Below, piece after piece: positions 56,781 to 63,134 of a stretch of DNA of 63,134 nucleotides (the first letter of the stretch is position 1; each line of letters opens with the position of its first letter). The notes below the pieces were generated by a model, which saw nothing but the letters and a program-made list of their open reading frames with translations, was not told the origin of the DNA and ran no database searches. Location: positions 1 through 63,134 of the IMG/VR virus record IMGVR_UViG_3300016673_000467; one strand, given 5' to 3'. The position numbers and the translations under genes are program-made. Source of the DNA: a virus (lineage: Duplodnaviria; Caudoviricetes).

Positions 56781-57470
56781 TTAGTCGATAGATTTGGTTA
56801 GATCAGATCCATGGCTTCTCACGTTACCAACCGCCTTTCCAACTGGGTACCACTCAAAATCACCTGTTGGTCGGCAACAACTCAACGCCAACTTTTCAGA
56901 GTCTTTCTGATTGATGCCGCTCCCCATCCACTCTCGCGCATGCTCGGGTGAGAACACTATAGGCCGTCGATCATGAATGTCGATCATACCTTGATCACTG
57001 GCTGCAGTGATAATCACAAACCCATCCCCTTCATGAGGCTCCAGTCCTGGGTGTACCTCGGCCAGCGCCGCAAAGAACATTGGCGCCTGACTTTTCAGGC
57101 GAATGAAGTAGGGCTGCTTCATCTTTGGTTCAACCGTATCCTTGACCCACTCGTACCAACCATCAGCCATGACCAAGGCCCGGCCTTTGGGCCAGACTTG
57201 CTTGAAGAACTTCCCGGTTGTGACTGTTTCCACTCTGGCGTTGATAGGGTCAGGGCGTTTGCCCTTGGCCCAGAACGGCGCCCAGCCCCAGTGGGCGGAA
57301 TCAATTCGCAGACCCTCATCAACACCGTGAAGAATGTTGACGCGCGTGCTAGGTGCGACGTTGTAGCGACCTATGGGCTGATTGTCATACCCGCTCACGA
57401 CAATCCGGTCAGGCGCCAAAGCCTCAAGATAATCAGATATGCCCTGATACTGCACAAATCGTCCGCACAT
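56781..57470 (-). CDS. SOS response-associated peptidase (SRAP/HMCES-like)
   Basis: MCGRF, YNVAP, NARVET, GWYEW, IHDRRP. Confidence 0.93.
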   Translation of the reverse strand: MCGRFVQYQGISDYLEALAPDRIVVSGYDNQPIGRYNVAPSTRVNILHGVDEGLRIDSAHWGWAPFWAKGKRPDPINARVETVTTGKFFKQVWPKGRALVMADGWYEWVKDTVEPKMKQPYFIRLKSQAPMFFAALAEVHPGLEPHEGDGFVIITAASDQGMIDIHDRRPIVFSPEHAREWMGSGINQKDSEKLALSCCRPTGDFEWYPVGKAVGNVRSHGSDLTKSID

Positions 57471-57584
57471 CGTGGTGACCTCTTGCAAAGGGGGCCTGAA
57501 CGAAGCGTAGCTTGAAGTGCTCGGGTGTTCCTCTCGTCGAAAATTCCTACAGACGAATTGACCTGAACCACGCGTCGCAGTTAA

Positions 57585-57600
57585 CTGTATATATATACAG
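57585..57600. promoter_or_regulatory. LexA (SOS) box
   Basis: CTGTATATATATACAG, perfect consensus. Confidence 0.95.
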
Positions 57601-57619
57601 CTAACTTAAGGCGTGCGTC

Positions 57620-58048
57620 ATGAGCTTCACTTCTCTGGGTCCAATTGCAGAAGGAGGGATTCGCCTTCCTCTTTGCTCTTTCAAGGTTCCAGCCGGATTT
57701 CCGTCACCTGCCGCAGACCATATCGAGAAGCAAATCTCGTTAGACCAGGTGCTGAACATCCGTGCTCCGCACGTTTACCTGGTATCAATCGATGGCGATA
57801 GCATGCAGGGCGCCGGTATCTATTCCGGGGATCTGGCTGTGGTCGACCGTTCAATCGAACCGGTCCATGGCAATGTGGTTGTCGCGCTGCTCAATAACGA
57901 TCCGATTTGCAAACGTCTTTGCTTGCGAGAAAAGAGGGTCATTCTCCAGTCTGAAAACTCGAAATACCCCGACCGGCATGTGCTGGAAGGCGACGATCTT
58001 TCCATTTGGGGAGTGATCACTCACACAGTGCGCAGCCATGGCAATTAA
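57620..58048 (+). CDS. umuD: UmuD/RulA (Pol V accessory subunit)
   Basis: [16 protein letters not shown]. Confidence 0.93.
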   Translation: MSFTSLGPIAEGGIRLPLCSFKVPAGFPSPAADHIEKQISLDQVLNIRAPHVYLVSIDGDSMQGAGIYSGDLAVVDRSIEPVHGNVVVALLNNDPICKRLCLREKRVILQSENSKYPDRHVLEGDDLSIWGVITHTVRSHGN

Positions 58049-59317
58049 GCCAGATCCAATTTTCGCGCTCATCGATTGCAACAGCTTCTATGCCAGCTGT
58101 GAGCGAGTATTTCGTCCTGATCTGGCTAAAGTACCCATCGTGGTGCTGAGCAACAATGACGGCTGCGTCATTGCTCGCAGCTATGACGCCAAACCCCACG
58201 TGAAAATGGGCGAGCCATATTTCCAGATCAAGCATCGCCTGGAGAAGCTGGGCATTGTCGTTTTCTCATCCAACTATGCGTTGTACGGTGACATGAGCGA
58301 GCGGGTGATGAGCTTGATCGAAGCGATGGTTCCAGCGGTGGAGGTCTACAGCATCGATGAGTCATTCGCTGACCTGACCGGCATAGCTGACGCTTCGGCC
58401 ATGGGCCGGAAAATACGCAGCCGCATATTTAAATGTACCGGCATCCCGGTCGGTGTGGGGATCGCTCATACCAAAACCCTGGCCAAGCTCGCCAACCACA
58501 CAGCGAAGAGATTGCAAGCCCAAACCGGTGGGGTCGTGAACCTTTGCGGGGACTTCGAATGCGACTGGGTGCTGCGCAATACAGACGTCTCTGAGGTGTG
58601 GGGAGTAGGGCGGAAAATGACCGCACACCTTGAATCAATGGGGATTCGTACTGCCATGGACCTGGCCAAGGCTGACCCGTGGACGTGCGTAAGAAATTCA
58701 GCATCGTTATTGAGAAGACCGCCCGCGAGTTAGCCGGGACGCCTTGTCTTGAGCTGGACGAACCCGATCCGCCAAAGCAGGAAATATGTTGTAGCCGCAT
58801 GTTCGGAAAGCGGCTAACTGAGCTGGCACCAATAAAAGAAGCGGTGGCCACCTACATGATGCGCGCCTCGGAGAAGCTGCGGGCACAGAAGTCCTACTGC
58901 AAAAAGGTTCGGGTCAGTATCCGCACCGGCATGTTCAATCCTGATGAGGCCAAATACGCAAAGGGCGTCGTGGTAACGCTTCCGTACCCCACAGACGATG
59001 TTCGGCTCCTGACAAGGGCTGCAGTGGATGCACTCGACCATGTGTTTCAGCCCGGATTTAAGTACAGCAAGGCAGAGGTCCTACTGCTTGACCTTCGGCA
59101 GCCTGGCGAGTTTTCGGACGATCTATTTGCCGTTAGCCAGCCGGCGGAAGCATCCCGGGTGATGGCTGTACTTGATGAAATCAATGGTCGCTGGGGAAGG
59201 GGGACGCTTCGTGCTGCGAGTGTGCCGAGCAACCCCGATTGGGGGATGAGGCGGGAGATGATGAGTCAGAGCTATACAACAAAGATTCAGCAATTGTGGC
59301 AGGTGTCTTGTAGGTAG
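58038..59317 (+). pseudogene. umuC: UmuC/RulB Y-family polymerase with a 1-bp deletion
   Basis: [15 protein letters not shown]; frame break at about 58685 (TGG ACG TG CGT AAG). Confidence 0.88.
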
Positions 59318-59527
59318 AAAGGAGTGAATTTCAGTCGGCCAGACACCAAGGAAGGTTGATACATGAGTAGGGGATTTGCTAAGCAGGAAAGCATCGTAGG
59401 TCGGCGTTGCAATGAGCGTGAAATGCAACGTACTGATTTTACTCATTGTTCTATGCGAATATCTTTGGCAATGCATAGTATAGTGGCGAAACGCCTTCGT
59501 TAGTCATAATTGCAGTGAGATTGTAGG

Positions 59528-60160
59528 ATGAAGCTTTTGTCGAAAATTAATATTTGTTTAGCTTTTATAGTTTTTTTTCTGTTTGGGATTGTTGTTGGAC
59601 AGTCTGTAAGTTTGGGGTGGGGGCTTCCCCTGGGTACGTCGCTTACGTTATTGGTGGCAGTTTCCGGCTTCGGAGTAGCAATCTATCAGTCCTATGCTGC
59701 TCGAAAACACAATAGGCTCTTAGTCAAGCCTCATCTGGTTTTTGATAGCACCTTTTCAAGTACAACTAAAGAAGGGTTTTATACCTATGCACTAAAGGTG
59801 AAAAATGTTGGGCTTGGTCCCGCTATAATTACAAACTATTCTATATCACTAGGTGATAAGGTAGAGCTTGATGGATATACAGTTTTTGATGCGTTAGTGC
59901 GATGTTCAAATGTTTACTTTAAAGCTAATGGGTCGGCTATTTGCAATGCGGGCTTCCTCTATCCTGAAAATGCGTTAGAAAAGAGTGAGGAGAAAATATT
60001 GCTCGAAATTAGCTTTCCCGTTAAAGATGCTTCTTTTATGCAGGCTAGAGAGTTATCTAAAGGGTTTGTGAATGAAGTGGGTGCAAAAATTGGATATAGC
60101 TGTCATTACGGCAATGAATTTTATGTTGCAAAGGGAGCGTCGAGTCAAGTGAGTCGCTAG
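59528..60160 (+). CDS. Moron membrane protein (two N-terminal TM)
   Basis: AT-rich; RKHNRLLVKPHL...NVGLGPAII. Confidence 0.75.
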   Translation: MKLLSKINICLAFIVFFLFGIVVGQSVSLGWGLPLGTSLTLLVAVSGFGVAIYQSYAARKHNRLLVKPHLVFDSTFSSTTKEGFYTYALKVKNVGLGPAIITNYSISLGDKVELDGYTVFDALVRCSNVYFKANGSAICNAGFLYPENALEKSEEKILLEISFPVKDASFMQARELSKGFVNEVGAKIGYSCHYGNEFYVAKGASSQVSR

Positions 60161-60490
60161 ATTCTAAGTTTAAAAAAGTATAGTTGTCTATTTAGCTCAA
60201 ACTGGTGTGAGCGAAATGTACAAAGCGTTGTCGAGGAGGAGGGCTGAAGAATATCGGCGAAAGAAGGTGGAGATAAATAGCGTGAATCTTCTACGCCCCT
60301 ATACTCATCTATAGCCAGTTGGTAGTAGCTATCGTCATAGGCAATGAAGTTATTAATATTTTACTCTGCATCTTTAAGATGTAGTCGTAAATCTTGAAGG
60401 TGCAATATTTGAAGCAGTCATCGTGTAGATATACAGTGCTATCACCCTGCCTATCAAGCGCAGGGTGATGATTTGTGAAAATGGGGTGGC

Positions 60491-60871
60491 CTAGGGTGCT
60501 AGTTTCAGAGTTGCCTCCTCTGAAATAGGACACCCGTCAGTAACTCCAGCAGAGCTCCATACCTTGATAGCTACAGTTTTCTGACTCAGCGGGTTAAGTA
60601 GCTTCGAATTGTCAAGAACTTGCATTGGTCCGCATTTGTCGAAGTTCACCGACTCGCCACTTAGATTTTCGTACTCGCCGATTGTTTTTCTTGGGATCTC
60701 GTTAGTCGCGTTGACTACGGCAATTTCGATTTTCTTTTTGCCGCTGTCGTCGAACAATTTGAAATACTGGCCTACCTTTTTTGGGTAGCCGTCATCAGAT
60801 GTAGTCGCGAATATGTTGATGCTGGTGGATGCCAAGAAAACGCCGAGTAAAATCTGTACACCTTTATTCAT
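60491..60871 (-). CDS. Secreted hypothetical protein
   Basis: Signal peptide; two Cys; AAGGA RBS. Confidence 0.6.
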   Translation of the reverse strand: MNKGVQILLGVFLASTSINIFATTSDDGYPKKVGQYFKLFDDSGKKKIEIAVVNATNEIPRKTIGEYENLSGESVNFDKCGPMQVLDNSKLLNPLSQKTVAIKVWSSAGVTDGCPISEEATLKLAP

Positions 60872-61069
60872 AACGATCCTTATGCACAGCCAGTTTTTGG
60901 CTATCTTCATAGTAAATGAAGGCAGCGATTCGAAAAAACAAGCCGTGACGTAATTATTTGTAAGCGAAGATCACAGATAGGACGTAGTGACTGCTCGCGC
61001 AAATTTTACCCACAGGCAACAGGTTATCGTTGCCAGCTCGAAGAGTTTCATGCGGAATCTCGATTTTTA

Positions 61070-61129
61070 TGGTGCCCCGAAGTCGTTATCGAACCGGTAA
61101 AATCCTTTCGAACGGGGGATTTAAGCCCC
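61070..61129 (-). pseudogene. Degenerate 3' fragment of a tRNA-Leu-like gene
   Basis: Minus strand GGGCTTAAATCCCCCG...CCGGTTCGAT...GGGGCACCA. Confidence 0.55.
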
Positions 61130-61309
61130 TTGAGTAGCTTTACACGCTTTAGGGGATGTTTGCCCGAAGGAACGCCTAGATAGATGAGAAGGCGTCAGTG
61201 ACTTTTCGAGTGACATTGTTACTCGTTATCCAGCAGCGTTGGGCATCGTTGCAGCGAGCACCTATTGCTGGAGTCCCGTATTTACTGGCGCTGAGTAAGT
61301 CCAGCTTGA

Positions 61310-61354
61310 ATGGGGTGCTAGGGGTCGAGTGTTCGAATCACTCCGTCCCGACCA
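61310..61354 (+). other. attR core: 3' half of tRNA-Pro(GGG)
   Basis: ATGGGGTGCTAGGGGTCGAGTGTTCGAATCACTCCGTCCCGACCA; T-arm and CCA present, 5' half absent. Confidence 0.88.
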
Positions 61355-61362
61355 TATTCTGT

Positions 61363-61397
61363 AAGGGGATCAAGTACTTAGGTGCTTGATCCCCTTT
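61363..61397 (+). terminator. Long hairpin after att
   Basis: AAGGGGATCAAGTAC-TTAG-GTGCTTGATCCCCTT. Confidence 0.75.
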
Positions 61398-61441
61398 CTC
61401 GTTTTTGGCCTGCGCAAAACTGGCGCAATATGGGCGCAAAA

Positions 61442-62042
61442 CTAACCGGTAATTTCGCTGATATTCAGGTCTGGAATCGCATCCGACCAGATTACATCGG
61501 CGTGGTCTTTCTGGTAGTTCTTGGTCATGGTCTCGCTTGCATGGCCCGCAATGGTCTGGCCATCTTTACCGGCTCTTTTGTACAGGTGCAGCGACAGCGC
61601 GCGCACTTCGTAAAAGCCCGGCATTTCCTCTTCTTTCCATTCCGCATAACAGCCAGCAAGTTTCCGCGCCTCTTTAAAAGAGCGCGTTAGAAAACGATCC
61701 TCAACCTTCGTCCAGTGCTCTTTAGTCTGCGCTTGCTTCTGCAGCAGTCGTTGCGGTTTGCGATGAATCAGGAAAGGGGAGGCGATGTTGTCCTGGCAGC
61801 GGGTTATGACGGTCTGCAGTTCGTCAGTCACCTTGAAACGAATCCACGCTGTATCACTGGCCTTGGCTGTCTTCTTTTGTACCAGGTACAGGAACCCATC
61901 CCGAACGCCATCAAAGCGCATGTCCAGAATGTCTGAGCGCCGCTGAGCAGTGATCAGTGCCAAGTCGATGGCGTTGCGCAGCCAGGGTGGGGCCACCTCT
62001 CTGATTGCCTTCAGGCCTTTCACGGTATGGCGTTTGCGTTGC
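61442..62042 (-). pseudogene. Tyrosine integrase C-terminal fragment (older prophage)
   Basis: TAQRRSDIL, FYEVRALS (His replaced by Tyr), AGH...TKNY; 5' part missing. Confidence 0.88.
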
Positions 62043-62316
62043 GTATCGCGGCCGTGGCCTGATCCAGATCACCGGCCGGGCCAACTACATGACCTGCGGT
62101 GAAGCGCTGGCACTGGATCTGCTCAAGCAGCCCGAGCTTCTGGAAAAGCCACAACATGCTTGCATGTCAGCGGCATGGTTCTGGGCCACCAAGGGGCTCA
62201 ACACCCTTGCCGACGCTGGGCAGTTTGACAAGATCACCCAACGTATCAATGGTGGCCAGAATGGCGCGACCGATCGGCAGGTGCTGTATGCCCGTGCGCT
62301 TAAGGTATTGGCGTGA
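62043..62316 (+). pseudogene. GH19 endolysin C-terminal fragment
   Basis: Starts abruptly at YRGRGLIQITG; close paralogue of 54940-55213. Confidence 0.88.
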
Positions 62317-62522
62317 AGATCGATGCGGTGAAGTGGGGCGGGGTGCTGCTGGTGGGCCTAACCCTTATGGCGGGAAGCGCGTGGGCCGCATGGGCGTGGC
62401 AGGCCAACGCCTACAGCCAGCAGCTGGCCGACAAGGAAGCTGCCTACCAAACCGAGCGCACAAATCTGGCCAATGCCAACTCCGCGCAAATCCTGGCAGA
62501 GAACGATAACAATCAGCGTTGA
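62313..62522 (+). pseudogene. Truncated Rz-like spanin
   Basis: TM plus AWAWQANAYSQQLA; ends early. Confidence 0.65.
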
Positions 62523-62681
62523 TGGAGGCAGTCGAGGTGCACATTCAGCCAACGCATTACGAATAAATCCGCTCCTACAACAGCGCGAGTGAATGCCAAC
62601 AAAGCAGAACAGCTATCTTGGACTAGCTTTATTTGGATCACTGAAGCCTCCGACCACAACTCAACCAGGCCAAAGTTCGTA

Positions 62682-63134
62682 ATGCTCAAAAAAATCGATT
62701 TGACGATCACCCATGATTACCTCAATCCATTTGCCTCGCCGGACGCACCCAAACTAAGCCCGGAGCTGGCGGACTACCTGTTGGATAGTGCCTGGTACTA
62801 CCCCAAACTGTGCCTGCAGATCAACTGCCCCGAAAATGAGCGAGAACGCCTACAGCAAGCTATCAGCAATACCTTTGCAGAAAAGAGCGAGCAAGTCAGA
62901 GGGGATATTCTCATCCTACAGTTGGAAGCGCTGACACTCCTGGGCCTGGCACTGGCGGTGGGGCTGATAGGCAATGCTCTAGACATTGAAAGCACCATCC
63001 CGGTGGCAGTATTTACCGTTACGGTGTGGATGCTGCTCTGGCGCAGCGCAGAGATATTTTTTCTGGATATCCGCAGCGCTTATCGGGAGTTGCGTAGGTA
63101 CCGGCGTATAGCCAGCGCAACAAAGCAGTATTGA
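62682..63134 (+). CDS. Hypothetical membrane protein (probably host chromosome)
   Basis: Two C-terminal TM segments; outside the phage remnants. Confidence 0.65.
   Translation: MLKKIDLTITHDYLNPFASPDAPKLSPELADYLLDSAWYYPKLCLQINCPENERERLQQAISNTFAEKSEQVRGDILILQLEALTLLGLALAVGLIGNALDIESTIPVAVFTVTVWMLLWRSAEIFFLDIRSAYRELRRYRRIASATKQY

Larger units (their letters stand above)
1..61354. mobile_element. Lambdoid temperate prophage (siphovirus-like tail); left end outside window, right end at tRNA-Pro attR
   Basis: Canonical gene order recombination-immunity-replication-Q-terminase-head-tail-lysis, ending in a tRNA 3' fragment. Confidence 0.95.

Noticed and set aside
61310-61354. Functional tRNA-Pro gene
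   Set aside because: The 5' acceptor strand and D-arm are absent; this is an att duplication
1-63134. CRISPR array, diversity-generating retroelement, retron, invertase system or IS element
   Set aside because: No regularly spaced repeats, reverse transcriptase motif, serine invertase or transposase seen

Overview
Almost the whole window (1 to about 61354) is the middle and right part of a lambdoid, long-tailed temperate prophage of a Pseudomonas-like host. The left end (integrase, attL) lies outside the window. Order: leftward early operon (C5 methyltransferase, YqaJ exonuclease/RecT, CsrA) interleaved with rightward AT-rich morons, including a type B ribosomal protein bL36; OL/boxA; a rex-position cargo block (lipoprotein, decayed RelBE, RosmerTA-like pair); cI/cro/cII with five related operators; antirepressor, replication, nin and Q; holin; terminase, head and tail; a 4.8 kb defence-like hotspot between tail genes K and I; J, tail fibre, GH19 endolysin and spanins; DUF2971, SRAP and LexA-controlled umuDC (umuC frameshifted); then attR, the 3' half of a tRNA-Pro. 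Beyond attR is a roughly 1.1 kb relic of an older prophage (integrase C-terminus joined directly to endolysin/Rz fragments) and one probable host gene. Most notable signals: three GGAU-loop hairpins in front of the scaffold gene in a phage that encodes its own CsrA; a duplicated ~125 bp SOS-box-like plus structured-leader module driving unrelated small genes; bL36-B with a Zur-like box; and a hidden GIY-YIG pseudogene. All family assignments are by motif recognition and synteny, not database searches.
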